Assembly (NCBI GenBank): GCA_965198235.1
Contig: OZ240248.1
Location: 4,128,001 to 4,192,000, forward strand
Reading direction: 5' to 3'
From: Candidatus Poribacteria bacterium
Lineage (GTDB): Bacteria; Poribacteria; WGA-4E; WGA-3G
DNA: 64,000 nucleotides
The first letter of the stretch is position 1; every line of letters starts with the position of its first letter. The translations under genes were made by a program, and so were the position numbers. A model generated the notes under the pieces. That model was given only the letters and a program-made list of their open reading frames with translations, was not told the origin of the DNA and searched no databases. This document shows positions 26,486 to 37,436 of this stretch, piece by piece.

Positions 26486-27118
26486 GTGCTTAATTTGTGT
26501 ATGCTTTCCGGTTCTTTTGAATACGATTCCGAGGTATCTTTGACGATCTTCAAAACGTTCGTTGAAAAACACTATCCGATCCAAGCGAATTTAGTTGTCT
26601 ACAATTCAGAAGATCACGACCCTTCTTTAGCAGCGTTAGATGATGCAGATGCGCTGTTGGTTTTCACACGCCGTCTCAATACAGACGGAGCATCACTCAG
26701 AGAATTTCAAGCGTATTGTGAACACGGCAAGCCTCTCGTTGGTGTCAGGACAGCCAGCCACGCTTATCAAAACTGGTTGGAATTTGATAAAACCGTGCTC
26801 GGAGGCGACTATCAAGGGCATTACGGCGACGGTCCCCCCACTCACATGGAATTGATTGCGACAGAACATCCTATCCTGAACGGCATTCCAGCGTTTGAGT
26901 GTTATGGAAGCCTTTACAAAAACCCATCACTCCGCGACGATACCTCGCTACTGTTGATGGGACATACCGGTGAACATTCAGAACCTGTCGCATGGACGCG
27001 TCTGCATAATGGCGGACGTATCTGTTATACTTCATTAGGGCACCAGAAAGATTTTGAAGTAGAACCCTTTTTGAGACTCCTCGCGCAAAGCATTTTGTGG
27101 GTATCAGAACGGATATAG
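26486..27118 (+). CDS. ThuA-like domain protein
   Basis: VFTRR, VGVRTASHA, EPVAWT, YTSLGH. Confidence 0.85.
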   Translation: MLNLCMLSGSFEYDSEVSLTIFKTFVEKHYPIQANLVVYNSEDHDPSLAALDDADALLVFTRRLNTDGASLREFQAYCEHGKPLVGVRTASHAYQNWLEFDKTVLGGDYQGHYGDGPPTHMELIATEHPILNGIPAFECYGSLYKNPSLRDDTSLLLMGHTGEHSEPVAWTRLHNGGRICYTSLGHQKDFEVEPFLRLLAQSILWVSERI

Positions 27119-27144
27119 GAAAAAATTCAAGGCACTTTGGAGAT

Positions 27145-28404
27145 ATGGAAACACTGACGATTGTGAATGGCGACATCTATACCCCAACGCATTATGGCCA
27201 CGGAAGTATCGTCATTCAAAACGACAAAATTTCAACGATAACATCAGAGGCACTGCAACCATCAGGGGAAACTATCTATGCCTCCGGATGCCTTGTCATT
27301 CCGGGATTGATTGATGGATTGGTGCACGGTGGCGGTGGCTATGATAGCATGACGGGTCACGTTGAAGACGTTGCGACAATCGCGCGAGCACATGCACGCA
27401 GCGGTGTCACCTCGTTGGTGTTAGGAATCTCCTCGGGGAGCATGGCACAAATCAACAGTGCCTTAACTGCTATTGCACACGTCGTTGACGAACCCGTAGC
27501 AGACGGTTCTCGGATTTTAGGGTCGTACGTGGAAGGAAAATTCGGGAGTCTCGCCAAAAACGGCGCGCAGAACGCGAAATACATTACACCGCCGAACTTT
27601 GAAGAATTCCATGCGATGTGGGCGGCTTCCGATGGCACCTTAAAGGTGATCTCCATCGCGCCAGAAAACGATGAAAATCTCCAGTTTATCAAGCATCTCG
27701 CGACCTTTAGAACAGATGCCTATAATAACATCGTTATCGCGATGGGACACACAAACGCGACATATCAACAGGCGATGGATGCGATTGACACAGGCGTGAC
27801 ACGCGCCACCCACACTTACAATGGTATGAGTGGGATGCACCACCGCACACTCGGTGCAGTTGAAGCAGTCCTCTCCCACCCAGACATCCACGCAGAACTC
27901 ATTGTCGATGAACACCATGTCCACCCTTTCTGGGGAAATAACCTCATCCAACGAAAAGGGATTCACGCCGTTGGGTTAATTACAGACTGCACAGAACTCG
28001 CCGGTGTCCCCGCAGAAGACTGGCAAACCTCGGCAACATATATCCCCGAGCTTGATGCCTATCGCCTCAATGAAGATACGATTTCTGGACACAACACAGC
28101 CTTTGAGAGCAATAGTACCGAGAAATATGTCCGTAACGGAGCGGTGTGGTTGGATGTAGGAGAGCCTACCGAACGCCTTGCGGGTGCAACAATTACACTT
28201 ATGGATGGTGTTCGTAACGTTATCAACTGGGGACATTCTCTGGAAGATGCCTTAACAATGGCGACTTTAACACCGGCGCGAAATTTAGGCGTTGCAGATT
28301 CGGTAGGTTCAATCGCAACCGGTAAAACAGCAGATCTCGTTATTGTTGACGAAAATTTGAGCGTTCAAACGGTTATTTTAGGCGGAAAATTACTAAAACA
28401 GTAG
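27145..28404 (+). CDS. NagA-like amidohydrolase (divergent N-acetylglucosamine-6-phosphate deacetylase)
   Basis: PGLIDGLVHG, EGKF, APE, MGHTNA, THTYNGM, TD, TPARNLG, GKTADLV. Confidence 0.8.
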   Translation: METLTIVNGDIYTPTHYGHGSIVIQNDKISTITSEALQPSGETIYASGCLVIPGLIDGLVHGGGGYDSMTGHVEDVATIARAHARSGVTSLVLGISSGSMAQINSALTAIAHVVDEPVADGSRILGSYVEGKFGSLAKNGAQNAKYITPPNFEEFHAMWAASDGTLKVISIAPENDENLQFIKHLATFRTDAYNNIVIAMGHTNATYQQAMDAIDTGVTRATHTYNGMSGMHHRTLGAVEAVLSHPDIHAELIVDEHHVHPFWGNNLIQRKGIHAVGLITDCTELAGVPAEDWQTSATYIPELDAYRLNEDTISGHNTAFESNSTEKYVRNGAVWLDVGEPTERLAGATITLMDGVRNVINWGHSLEDALTMATLTPARNLGVADSVGSIATGKTADLVIVDENLSVQTVILGGKLLKQ

Positions 28405-28451
28405 AAAATTCGCAGATTTTTAGTCTTTTTTGCTTTTTTTTTGAAAAAAAC

Positions 28452-28480
28452 TTGACATCGCCTAATTTATTGTGTATAAT
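28452..28480 (+). promoter_or_regulatory. consensus sigma70 promoter of the str operon
   Basis: TTGACA-17 nt-TATAAT with an upstream A tract. Confidence 0.92.
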
Positions 28481-28587
28481 ATTACTCTTGGGAACCCTAA
28501 TCAATCTTTTTTAGAAGCGGGGGGTAATTATCCAGAAACATTCTAACGTCGTACCTAAATTCCACGTTAATTTGTTGAAGTTGCAAT

Positions 28588-28608
28588 GCCCCGCGCGGGG
28601 CTTTTTTT
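28588..28608 (+). terminator. terminator-like hairpin in the rpsL leader (possible attenuator)
   Basis: GCCCC-GCGC-GGGGC followed by T7. Confidence 0.6.
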
Positions 28609-28652
28609 ATTTCTGTCACAGACCCGTAGAGACATTACTGTGGAGGTCCGAA

Positions 28653-29024
28653 ATGCCGACAATTAATCAGTTAATCAAAAAACCGCGCAAAAGGTCCCGG
28701 AAAAAAACAAAATCTCCGGTACTGGAGCAGTGTCCCCAGCGGCGCGGTATCTGTCTACAAGTGAAAACAGTAACGCCGAACAAACCGAATTCCGCACTGC
28801 GTAAAGTCGCTCGGGTGAGGTTCACCTCTGGCTACGAAGCTACTTGTTACATTCCGGGGATCGATCACAATTTGCAAGAACACTCAGTCGTTTTAGTCCG
28901 GGGCGGGAAAGTGAAAGACCTCTCTAATGTGCGTTACCACATCGTCCGCGGCAAATTGGATACAGCAGGTGTCGATAACCGTCGCCAAGGTCGTTCAAAG
29001 TACGGCGCACGGAAACCGGGTTAA
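28653..29024 (+). CDS. rpsL: 30S protein S12 (atypical loops)
   Basis: [24 protein letters not shown]. Confidence 0.98.
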   Translation: MPTINQLIKKPRKRSRKKTKSPVLEQCPQRRGICLQVKTVTPNKPNSALRKVARVRFTSGYEATCYIPGIDHNLQEHSVVLVRGGKVKDLSNVRYHIVRGKLDTAGVDNRRQGRSKYGARKPG

Positions 29025-29042
29025 ACAACGGAGGAAGAGTAG

Positions 29043-29513
29043 ATGCCGAGACGTGGAAACATCAGCAAACGGGATGTAAGCCCTGACGCGAAATATAACA
29101 GCAAGCTCGTGTCAAAATTCATCAATAGCCTCATGTTGGATGGAAAGAAAAGCACCGCGCAATCGATCCTATATGAGAGTTTTCAGATTATTGAATCCCG
29201 GGCGAACGAAGATGGCTTCGCCGTGTTCCGTCAAGCAATCAACAACGTCAAGCCGGTGTTGGAAATCAGACCTCGACGTGTAGGCAGCCAGACGTATCAA
29301 GTCCCTGTTGATGTAAAAGCAGAACGGAAACAGCGGTTGGCTTTTAGTTGGATTATTCAATCTGCTCGCGCCCGCGGCGAAAGACGGATGGCAGAACGCC
29401 TCGCAGGCGAAATACTTGAAGCGTCACAGAACGACGGCGGCGCGATCCGCAGGAAAATGGATCAGCATCGAATGGCAGAAGCTAACCGAGCTTTCGCACA
29501 TTACCGATGGTAA
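29043..29513 (+). CDS. rpsG: 30S protein S7
   Basis: [26 protein letters not shown]. Confidence 0.98.
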   Translation: MPRRGNISKRDVSPDAKYNSKLVSKFINSLMLDGKKSTAQSILYESFQIIESRANEDGFAVFRQAINNVKPVLEIRPRRVGSQTYQVPVDVKAERKQRLAFSWIIQSARARGERRMAERLAGEILEASQNDGGAIRRKMDQHRMAEANRAFAHYRW

Positions 29514-29568
29514 AAATGCCTCACGGTTTATAGCCGAAGCGTTAACACACAAAAGGAGTCGTCCAACC

Positions 29569-31686
29569 GTGGCGAACAAAAAAAATAGCGACCCACAACG
29601 CTTAGAACTGCCCCACATGCGAAATATCGGCATCATGGCACACATTGATGCCGGGAAGACCACTGTCAGCGAACGCATTCTCTATTATACCGGTAGAGTC
29701 TATCGGATCGGGGACGTAGACGATGGCACCACAACTATGGACTGGATGGTGCAAGAACAGGAACGCGGCATTACGATTACTGCCGCCGCAACAACCTGTC
29801 AGTGGAAAAAACACCAAATCAATATCATTGATACACCGGGGCATATTGACTTTACCGTCGAAGTTGAACGCTCACTTCGCGTCCTCGACGGTGCAGTCGC
29901 GGTTTTCTGCGCAGTCGGCGGGGTTGAACCTCAATCTGAAACTGTTTGGAGACAAGCAGATAAATACGACATACCTCGAATCGCATTTGTCAACAAAATG
30001 GATCGAACCGGTGCCGATTTCTTCCGCACTGTTGAAATGATGGAAGAACGCCTCGGTGCCACAGCCATCCCAGTGCAACTTCCAATCGGTTCAGCAGAAC
30101 AATTCACAGGTATCGTAGACCTCATCTCCATGAAAGGGCAGATCTGGAACGTAGGAACAGACGCTGGTAGCGATGGCACTGTCATCCAAGAGACAGACAT
30201 CCCCAAGGAAATGGAGGAAATGGCAACCGAATACCGCGATCGGATGTTAGAGGCTATCGCCGATTACGATGACGAACTTATAGATAAATACTTGGACGGT
30301 GTCGAAGCTTCACCTGAAGAGATTAAAGCAGGAATACGAAATGCTGTAATTGTTGGCAAAGTCGTCCCAATCCTGTGCGGAACTGCTCTAAAAAATAAAG
30401 GCGTACAACCCCTCTTAGACGCGATTGTCTCCTATCTACCCGCACCCACCGACATGCCACCTGTCGTAGGGTTTAACCCGAAGACCGAAGAAGAGGAAGC
30501 GCGTCCCCCAAATGATAATGAACCTTTCTGTGCATTGGCGTTCAAGATTACCACAGATCCACACGTCGGCAAACTTACTTATCTGCGTGTGTACTCCGGC
30601 ATCCTCAATAAAGGGAATACCGTCTACAACAGTAAAACTGGGAAACACGAACGAATTGGGCGGCTCATGCAGATGCACGCCAACAAACGGGAAGAACACC
30701 AAGCCGTTCACGCAGGCGACATCGCCGCTGTAATCGGGTTAAAAGACCTCTCAACTGGTGATACACTCTGCGATCCGAAGGCACATATCACATTAGAAAC
30801 GATGGTGTTCCCGCTGCCGGTGATGGCTATCGCCATTGAGCCCCGCACACAATCTGATATTGACAAACTCAACCTCGCCCTCTCGAAACTCGCTGAAGAA
30901 GATCCGACATTTAAAGTGCATCAAGACAGCGAAACAGGACAAACATTATTGTCCGGTATGGGTGAACTTCATCTTGAAATCATCGTCGATAGGCTCGTGC
31001 GTGAGTTTAACGTCTCCGCGAATGTTGGTAACCCACAAGTCGCCTATCGGGAAACGATCCTCAAAGCAGTTAAGTCTGTGGGACGTTTCATACGTCAATC
31101 TGGTGGTAGAGGTCAATTTGGGCACGTTGTGATCGAGGTTGAACCCATGGAAAAAGGGACAGGCTTTGAGTTCATTGACGCAACCAAAGGTGGCGTTATT
31201 CCGCAAGAATACATCCCAGCAGTCCGGAAAGGCATTGAGAACGCGATGAATACGGGTGTCTTGGCTGGCTACCCAGTTGTTGATGTATCAGTAAAACTGG
31301 TAGACGGTTCGCATCACGCCGTAGACTCATCAGAAATGGCGTTCTTCATCGCTGGTTCGATGGCGTTTAAAGACGCATTGAAGCGTGCGACCCCGACACT
31401 CCTTGAACCAATTATGGACGTTGAGGTTATCGTCCCCGACGAATACCTCGGTAAAGTGATAGGTGATTTGAATTCGCGGCGGGCACAGATACGTCAGACA
31501 GAAACGCAAGCGAAATCTCGTATTCAAGTTATTCATGTTGATGTCCCTCTCTCAGAAATGTTTGGGTACGTCAAAACCCTTAGGTCCCTCACACAGGGCA
31601 GAGCGAACTACTCTATGGAGTTTGCACATTATAACGAAGTCCCGACAAGCGTGATGGAAGACTTAATTTCATCAGCGAATCGTTAA
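29569..31686 (+). CDS. fusA: elongation factor G
   Basis: [31 protein letters not shown]; GTG start after AAGGAG. Confidence 0.98.
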   Translation: MANKKNSDPQRLELPHMRNIGIMAHIDAGKTTVSERILYYTGRVYRIGDVDDGTTTMDWMVQEQERGITITAAATTCQWKKHQINIIDTPGHIDFTVEVERSLRVLDGAVAVFCAVGGVEPQSETVWRQADKYDIPRIAFVNKMDRTGADFFRTVEMMEERLGATAIPVQLPIGSAEQFTGIVDLISMKGQIWNVGTDAGSDGTVIQETDIPKEMEEMATEYRDRMLEAIADYDDELIDKYLDGVEASPEEIKAGIRNAVIVGKVVPILCGTALKNKGVQPLLDAIVSYLPAPTDMPPVVGFNPKTEEEEARPPNDNEPFCALAFKITTDPHVGKLTYLRVYSGILNKGNTVYNSKTGKHERIGRLMQMHANKREEHQAVHAGDIAAVIGLKDLSTGDTLCDPKAHITLETMVFPLPVMAIAIEPRTQSDIDKLNLALSKLAEEDPTFKVHQDSETGQTLLSGMGELHLEIIVDRLVREFNVSANVGNPQVAYRETILKAVKSVGRFIRQSGGRGQFGHVVIEVEPMEKGTGFEFIDATKGGVIPQEYIPAVRKGIENAMNTGVLAGYPVVDVSVKLVDGSHHAVDSSEMAFFIAGSMAFKDALKRATPTLLEPIMDVEVIVPDEYLGKVIGDLNSRRAQIRQTETQAKSRIQVIHVDVPLSEMFGYVKTLRSLTQGRANYSMEFAHYNEVPTSVMEDLISSANR

Positions 31687-31728
31687 TAAGTAGTTGTAAA
31701 TAAGTAGTTGTAAATAAGTAGTTGTAAA
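31687..31728. repeat. perfect tandem repeat, 3 x 14 bp
   Basis: (TAAGTAGTTGTAAA)x3 directly after the fusA stop. Confidence 0.9.
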
Positions 31729-31919
31729 GTGTCCGAACTGTGGGAGTGTTCACTTCCCATAAGCGGACACAGGATTTGGTTAAACGGTGTGTTCGGACAT
31801 CAAAACGTTTGAACACCTTATAGAAACGGGAATGCGCAGTTTTACAGTTATAGTGAAAATACTGGAAACCGCGTCTACAACGCCCTCAATAATAAACTTT
31901 TAGTGGAGCTCGGACAAAA

Positions 31920-33119
31920 ATGGCTAAGGAAACATTTGATAGGAATAAGCCACACGTCAATGTTGGAACAATCGGCCACGTTGACCACGGTAAAACAACG
32001 TTGACGGCAGCAATTACTATGGTGCTCTCAAAACTCGCCAACGCAGATTACGTCATGGAGTATGACGAGATCGACAGGGCACCTGAAGAAAAAGAGCGTG
32101 GTATTACCATTAACACAGCACACGTTGAGTATGAAACCGAGAACCGGCATTACGCACACGTAGATTGCCCCGGACACGCCGACTATATCAAGAATATGAT
32201 TACCGGTGCGGCACAGATGGACGGTGCGATTCTCGTCGTATCCGCCGCTGATGGTCCTATGCCTCAGACACGTGAGCACGTGCTACTCGCGCGGCAGGTG
32301 AACGTGCCATCTCTCGTCGTCTTCCTGAATAAGGCAGACATGGTTGATGACGAAGAACTGCTTGAACTCGTCGAATTAGAAGTTCGCGAATTACTCAGCG
32401 ATTATGACTTCCCCGGTGACGACATTCCTGTCATCATAGGGTCTGCTCTTGACGCGATGGAATCCGGAGGCGATCCGGAAGGCGAAGCATGTCAGTCTAT
32501 TCTCGAACTCATGGCAGCGGTTGATGAATACATTCCAGAACCCGTTCGCGATACCGATAGACCCTTCCTGATGCCGATCGAAGATATCTTCACCATCAGT
32601 GGACGTGGGACCGTTGTTACCGGTAGGGTTGAACGTGGAACCGTTGAAATCGGAAACACCGTTGAAATCGTCGGGTTACGCGAAACACAAGACACCGTTG
32701 TCACTGGTGTTGAAATGTTTAAGAAAAGCCTCAACGAAGGCCAAGCTGGCGACAACCTCGGTGCGCTACTACGTGGCGTCGAGCGCGATGAAGTCGAACG
32801 CGGACAAGTTTTGGCTATCCCCGGGACCGTTACGCCACATACGCAATTTGAAGCCGAAGCCTACATTCTCACAAAAGAGGAAGGCGGACGCTGGAATCCA
32901 TTCTTTAGCGGATACAGACCGCAGTTCTATTTCCGGACAACTGATGTAACCGGAGAGATGAACCTCCCTGAAGGCATCGAAATGATTATGCCTGGCGATA
33001 ATGCACAGATCACCGTAAGACTTGCTAAACCGATCGCGATGGAAGAACAACTCCGATTCGCAATTCGGGAAGGTGGACAAACCGTCGGTGCTGGTGTTGT
33101 CTCCAAAATTATTGAATAA
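31920..33119 (+). CDS. tuf: elongation factor Tu
   Basis: [26 protein letters not shown]. Confidence 0.99.
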   Translation: MAKETFDRNKPHVNVGTIGHVDHGKTTLTAAITMVLSKLANADYVMEYDEIDRAPEEKERGITINTAHVEYETENRHYAHVDCPGHADYIKNMITGAAQMDGAILVVSAADGPMPQTREHVLLARQVNVPSLVVFLNKADMVDDEELLELVELEVRELLSDYDFPGDDIPVIIGSALDAMESGGDPEGEACQSILELMAAVDEYIPEPVRDTDRPFLMPIEDIFTISGRGTVVTGRVERGTVEIGNTVEIVGLRETQDTVVTGVEMFKKSLNEGQAGDNLGALLRGVERDEVERGQVLAIPGTVTPHTQFEAEAYILTKEEGGRWNPFFSGYRPQFYFRTTDVTGEMNLPEGIEMIMPGDNAQITVRLAKPIAMEEQLRFAIREGGQTVGAGVVSKIIE

Positions 33120-33126
33120 AACGATT

Positions 33127-33152
33127 GGGCGGGGCTTATGCTCCGCCCTTTT
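33127..33152 (+). terminator. terminator-like hairpin after tuf
   Basis: GGGCGGGGC-TTAT-GCTCCGCCC-TTTT. Confidence 0.65.
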
Positions 33153-33237
33153 AAAGTAATCAACGCAGAGGATTCCCTACATCAGCATCAAGATGTAACC
33201 AACAAAACCCTCTGTTTGATGAAGGCGATACCAAAAG

Positions 33238-33549
33238 ATGGACAATCAAAAAATTCGCATCCGACTCAAGGCATTTGACTATCGGTTGTTAGACCTGTCG
33301 TCAAAGCAGATAGCAGATACTGCGAAACGCACAGGGGCAGCTGTCTCCGGCCCGATTCCATTGCCGACGAAAAAGCATATCTACACCGTTCAACGTTCTA
33401 CGTTTAAAGACAAGAAGTCGCGTGAACAATTTGAGATGCGGATTCATAAACGTCTGCTGGATATCTTAGAGACGACACCTAAAACTGTTGATGCCTTGAT
33501 GCGTTTGGACCTGCCCGCAGGTGTCGATGTCAAAATCACGCTTCTCTAA
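33238..33549 (+). CDS. rpsJ: 30S protein S10
   Basis: [24 protein letters not shown]. Confidence 0.98.
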   Translation: MDNQKIRIRLKAFDYRLLDLSSKQIADTAKRTGAAVSGPIPLPTKKHIYTVQRSTFKDKKSREQFEMRIHKRLLDILETTPKTVDALMRLDLPAGVDVKITLL

Positions 33550-33645
33550 CTATGGGAATCTGTTAACCATCGAAGAAACACCCAAGCAAAAACACTCGTG
33601 CTTTAACATCTATAATGGAGTCGAGTTGATAGTTAAACTGCTCCA
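33545..33645 (+). repeat. dispersed ~100-bp palindromic element, copy 1
   Basis: 98/101 identical to the reverse complement of 42407-42507; related to 45762-45838. Confidence 0.9.
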
Positions 33646-33858
33646 CTATGTTTCGCACGCGTCCCCAGTATCCCTTTCCAGTAACGGATGGGAACCCTGG
33701 GTGGGGACCTATGTTTTCGGTGAATTTTCAACCTGTTCCAGGTACCCAAAGGTTTCTCAATTTACCGAACAGCCCTTTCGGAAACTCAACCCCGTAGGGG
33801 TGGCATGTTTATAGAGGAACGATGCACAGATTCAATCATCTAAAAAAGGCGAAAGAAA

Positions 33859-34500
33859 ATGGTTAACGGAATTATCGGCCGCAAAGTCGGCATGACACAA
33901 GTCTTTGAGGATTCAGGTAAAGCGGTGCCTGTTACCGTCATCCAAGCAGGTCCCTGCCCTATTGTCCAACTCAAAACGCAAGAAAAAGATGGATATCAGG
34001 CAGTTCAATTGGGTTTCGGCGAGCAGAAAGAAAACCGTATGAATAATCCTAAACGAGGGCATTTCGCCAAAGCTGGCGTTGACCCGGCATTTGTGCTTCG
34101 GGAATTTCGAGTACAGAGCCTCGATGATGTGTCTGTAGGAAGTATTGTCGATGCAAGCGTCTTTTCAGAGGGTGAACTCGTTGATGTGACAGGCACCTCG
34201 AAAGGACGTGGTTTCTCCGGTGTGGTGAGACGTTGGAAATTCGCCGGTGGTAAGAAAACCCACGGCGGCGAGCAAGATTTGCGTCGTCCTGGCTCCATTG
34301 GTGCAAGCGCGACACCCTCCCGGGTCTTTAAAGGAAAACGGATGCCGGGACGTTATGGTGCCAAACGGCATACCATTCAAAACTTACCCGTGATCCAAGC
34401 CGATCCTGAGCGCAACTTATTGGTGGTTAAAGGTGCTGTTCCCGGACCACCCAAGGGTTTGCTGCTGATTAGAAAGGCATCTAAAGCACTGAGTGCATAG
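33859..34500 (+). CDS. rplC: 50S protein L3
   Basis: [23 protein letters not shown]. Confidence 0.98.
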   Translation: MVNGIIGRKVGMTQVFEDSGKAVPVTVIQAGPCPIVQLKTQEKDGYQAVQLGFGEQKENRMNNPKRGHFAKAGVDPAFVLREFRVQSLDDVSVGSIVDASVFSEGELVDVTGTSKGRGFSGVVRRWKFAGGKKTHGGEQDLRRPGSIGASATPSRVFKGKRMPGRYGAKRHTIQNLPVIQADPERNLLVVKGAVPGPPKGLLLIRKASKALSA

Positions 34501-34523
34501 GTAGGCAATCTTTACCAAATAGA

Positions 34524-34581
34524 TTTTAACCAGCAACTCGTGCTTTACAAAAATCTAATTGGTGCGAGTTGCTGGTTAAAA
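34524..34581. repeat. palindromic spacer element (TTAACCA.CAACTCG family)
   Basis: TTTTAACCAGCAACTCG ... CGAGTTGCTGGTTAAAA. Confidence 0.8.
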
Positions 34582-34590
34582 GAGGAAAAT

Positions 34591-35253
34591 ATGTCAACTT
34601 TAGACGTACACAACATATCCGGGGCTGTTCTCCGAGAAAAGGAATTAGCCGATGCATTCACCGAGGCTGAAGTGAATGGTCCTGTCATTCACCAGTGTGT
34701 CGTTGCTTACCTCGCGAATCAGAGGCAAGGGACCGCATCAACTAAAACCCGGAGTGAAGTAAAAGGGAGCGGGAGAAAACTGTACCGCCAAAAAGGAACC
34801 GGTAGAGCTCGGGTCGGACACGCCAAGTCCCCAATTCGAGTACACGGGGGTGTAGCCTTCGGTCCGAAACCGCGGAGTTACCGGCAGGCTACCCCGAAAC
34901 GGGTTCGCCAACTTGGACTTCACAGCGCACTTGCAGACAGGTTTCAGAACCAGCAGTGTACTCTCATTGAAGATTTCACGCTTGAAAAACCCCGCACCAA
35001 AGACATAGTTAACATGTTAAAGGCGGTGAATGCGGCAGGGAAAGTCCTGCTTGTTCTCGATGAACACAGCACGAATATTAATCTCTCTGTCCGGAATATT
35101 CCACAAGTTAACAACTGCACATGGGATACCCTCAACGTTTATCAGGTCATGTGGCATGACACGCTGATAATCACCGAGAACGCCGCTGAGAAGTTGGAAT
35201 CCAAATTTTTACCATCTACTCGTGCTGTACCAAAGGCTATTGAAGACGAGTAG
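34591..35253 (+). CDS. rplD: 50S protein L4
   Basis: [28 protein letters not shown]. Confidence 0.98.
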   Translation: MSTLDVHNISGAVLREKELADAFTEAEVNGPVIHQCVVAYLANQRQGTASTKTRSEVKGSGRKLYRQKGTGRARVGHAKSPIRVHGGVAFGPKPRSYRQATPKRVRQLGLHSALADRFQNQQCTLIEDFTLEKPRTKDIVNMLKAVNAAGKVLLVLDEHSTNINLSVRNIPQVNNCTWDTLNVYQVMWHDTLIITENAAEKLESKFLPSTRAVPKAIEDE

Positions 35254-35293
35254 ATGGTTAAAACATCAGTTCAGATACAGAAGGATAAAACTG

Positions 35294-35593
35294 ATGAAAG
35301 ATATATATCAGGTCATATTACAACCGCTGATAACGGAGAAGAGCACAATACTCCGTGAATCTAACAAGTACGCGTTCGTTGTCGATCGCAAGGCAACGAA
35401 ACCACAGATTCGTCAAGCTGCGGAAGAATTGTTTGACCTTCAAGGCGATATTCTTAAAATTCACACGATGCGCGTTCGAGGTAAGCCCAAAGGGAAAATG
35501 TTGCGTTATCAACGGGGCAGAAAACCACATTGGAAGAAAGCGATCATTACCTTGAGAGAAGGCGCGACCATCCAAGCGTTTGAAACTATATAG
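35294..35593 (+). CDS. rplW: 50S protein L23
   Basis: PLITEKS, ATKPQI, WKKAIITL. Confidence 0.97.
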   Translation: MKDIYQVILQPLITEKSTILRESNKYAFVVDRKATKPQIRQAAEELFDLQGDILKIHTMRVRGKPKGKMLRYQRGRKPHWKKAIITLREGATIQAFETI

Positions 35594-35688
35594 GAATAGC
35601 CGTCAGGTGTCGGCTATCAGGTGTCGGAAACCATCAATAGTCAGCAATCTGACTACTGATGGCTGATTGCTAAAAAAAGGAAATCAGA

Positions 35689-36504
35689 GTGCCTAAAACT
35701 TATTCACCCATAACCCCAAGTCGCCGGTTCATGACTGGGTATACCTTTGAAGAGATTACGCGGAGCAAACCGGAAAAATCTCTTGTCAAAGGCGCGAAAC
35801 AGAAAGCCGGTCGGAACGCCAGTGGTCGCTTGACTGTGAGACGCCGCGGTGGGGGACATAAGCGCAGATACCGGGTCATCGACTTCAAAAGAGACAAGTT
35901 TGGCATCCCTGCCAAAGTTGCCGCAATTGAATATGATCCGAACCGGTCCGCGCATATCGCCCTATTACATTATGTTGACGGTGAAAAACGCTACATTCTC
36001 GCACCCGTCGGTGTTCAGGTTGGCGATATACTACAGTCAGGCGAAGATGCAGAAATCCGTGCCGGGAACGCCTTACCCCTTGAGAAAATTCCGCTCGGAT
36101 CGTCAATCCACAATATAGAGATGCGTCCCGGTAAAGGCGGGCAACTCGTACGGAGTGCTGGCGGTGCGGCGCAGTTGGTTGACAGAGAAGGGAAGTACGC
36201 GCGTATCCGACTCCCCTCAGGCGAGATTCGCCTCGTCCTCGTCAAAGCAATGGCAACACTCGGACAAATCGGTAACGTCAGCCAGATTGTTATCGGTAAA
36301 GCCGGACGTTCGAGATGGCTCGGAAAACGCCCGAAAGTTAGAGGCGTGGCTATGAATCCGATCGATCATCCGCATGGTGGTGGTGAAGGAAAGAGTTCCG
36401 GTGGTAGGCATCCAGTCACACCTTGGGGTGTTCCAACCAAAGGGTATAAGACCCGAAATCCGAAGAAGAAATCAAACCGATACATTGTTGGAAAACGGAA
36501 ATAG
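35689..36504 (+). CDS. rplB: 50S protein L2
   Basis: [25 protein letters not shown]. Confidence 0.99.
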   Translation: MPKTYSPITPSRRFMTGYTFEEITRSKPEKSLVKGAKQKAGRNASGRLTVRRRGGGHKRRYRVIDFKRDKFGIPAKVAAIEYDPNRSAHIALLHYVDGEKRYILAPVGVQVGDILQSGEDAEIRAGNALPLEKIPLGSSIHNIEMRPGKGGQLVRSAGGAAQLVDREGKYARIRLPSGEIRLVLVKAMATLGQIGNVSQIVIGKAGRSRWLGKRPKVRGVAMNPIDHPHGGGEGKSSGGRHPVTPWGVPTKGYKTRNPKKKSNRYIVGKRK

Positions 36505-36604
36505 TTTTTTTAATTACCTTGCGGATACGTTTCATCATAAAAACCTTCACAGATTTAACTACGGTCACTTATCCGCAAGGAACATTAGAAAAAGGAGAAA
36601 CACA

Positions 36605-36877
36605 ATGGCGCGTTCTCTCAAAAAGGGACCTTACATAGACCCGAAACTTGCTAAGAAAATAGCCGCTATGGAACGTTCTGGCAGTAAACGGGTGGTGCGG
36701 ACCTGGTCCCGCCGTTCAATGATTACCCCTGAGTTGGTAGGACACACCTTGGCGATATACAACGGGAAAAAATTCTTTCCAGTGTATATAACCGAGAACA
36801 TGGTAGGACACAAACTCGGAGAATTTTCGCCAACTCGCACCTTTCGTTCACACTCAGCTGGTGCAAGCAGAAGATAA
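36605..36877 (+). CDS. rpsS: 30S protein S19
   Basis: [22 protein letters not shown]. Confidence 0.98.
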   Translation: MARSLKKGPYIDPKLAKKIAAMERSGSKRVVRTWSRRSMITPELVGHTLAIYNGKKFFPVYITENMVGHKLGEFSPTRTFRSHSAGASRR

Positions 36878-37003
36878 CTTTGTGATAGCTTTCATCGTAT
36901 ACCGAGGCTCGCCGCAACTCCATCTTTTTATGAAACGATGCGTTTGGATGCCCGGTCGCGAATCACAACGAAACCAGAAAATTGCTTTTATTAGGAGACA
37001 CTG

Positions 37004-37357
37004 ATGGAAGCCAGATCTAAGATTAGGAACGCGTCGGTTGCGCCGCGGAAAGCACGTTTAGTAGCCGATCTCGTCCGTAATCAGTACGTTGAGGATGCGT
37101 TAAGTCAGCTGCGCTTTACGCATAAAGCCGCGTCCCCTATAATTTACAAACTAATTCAGTCAGCAGCTGCGAACGCGCAATATCAAGATCCGAACATCGA
37201 TATGACAGGCTTATATGTTAAAGAGATTCGGATTGATGAAGGGATTACGCGGAAATGGATACGTCCCCGGGCACGAGGTATGGCGAACAGAATCCTAAAA
37301 CGGAGCAGCCATATCACCGTCGTCGTTGATGAGGAGAGTAGTGATAATGGTGAGTGA
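37004..37357 (+). CDS. rplV: 50S protein L22
   Basis: APRKARLVAD, SAAANA, PRARG, KRSSHI. Confidence 0.97.
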   Translation: MEARSKIRNASVAPRKARLVADLVRNQYVEDALSQLRFTHKAASPIIYKLIQSAAANAQYQDPNIDMTGLYVKEIRIDEGITRKWIRPRARGMANRILKRSSHITVVVDEESSDNGE

Positions 37358-37436
37358 CACCGCGCACTTACAAAACACCAACAGCACTGCTTGCACTCCA
37401 CGTCGCGAACGGGGAAAAGTTCGATAGGAGGTTTGC

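Noticed and set aside
28572-29568. Long N-terminal extensions of S12 and EF-G in the ORF track
   Set aside because: SD-supported starts at 28653 and 29569 give normal lengths.
31687-31728. 3 x 14-bp repeat as iterons or an origin
   Set aside because: No rep gene or DnaA-box cluster; simple slippage after a stop codon is sufficient.
33385-33425. S10 loop RSTFKDKK as a tetracycline-resistance variant
   Set aside because: This loop varies naturally (STF/PF variants occur in other phyla), so no claim is made.
33521-33814. Similar short ORFs at 33521, 42400, 45711 and 56342
   Set aside because: They are translations of the non-coding repeat elements.
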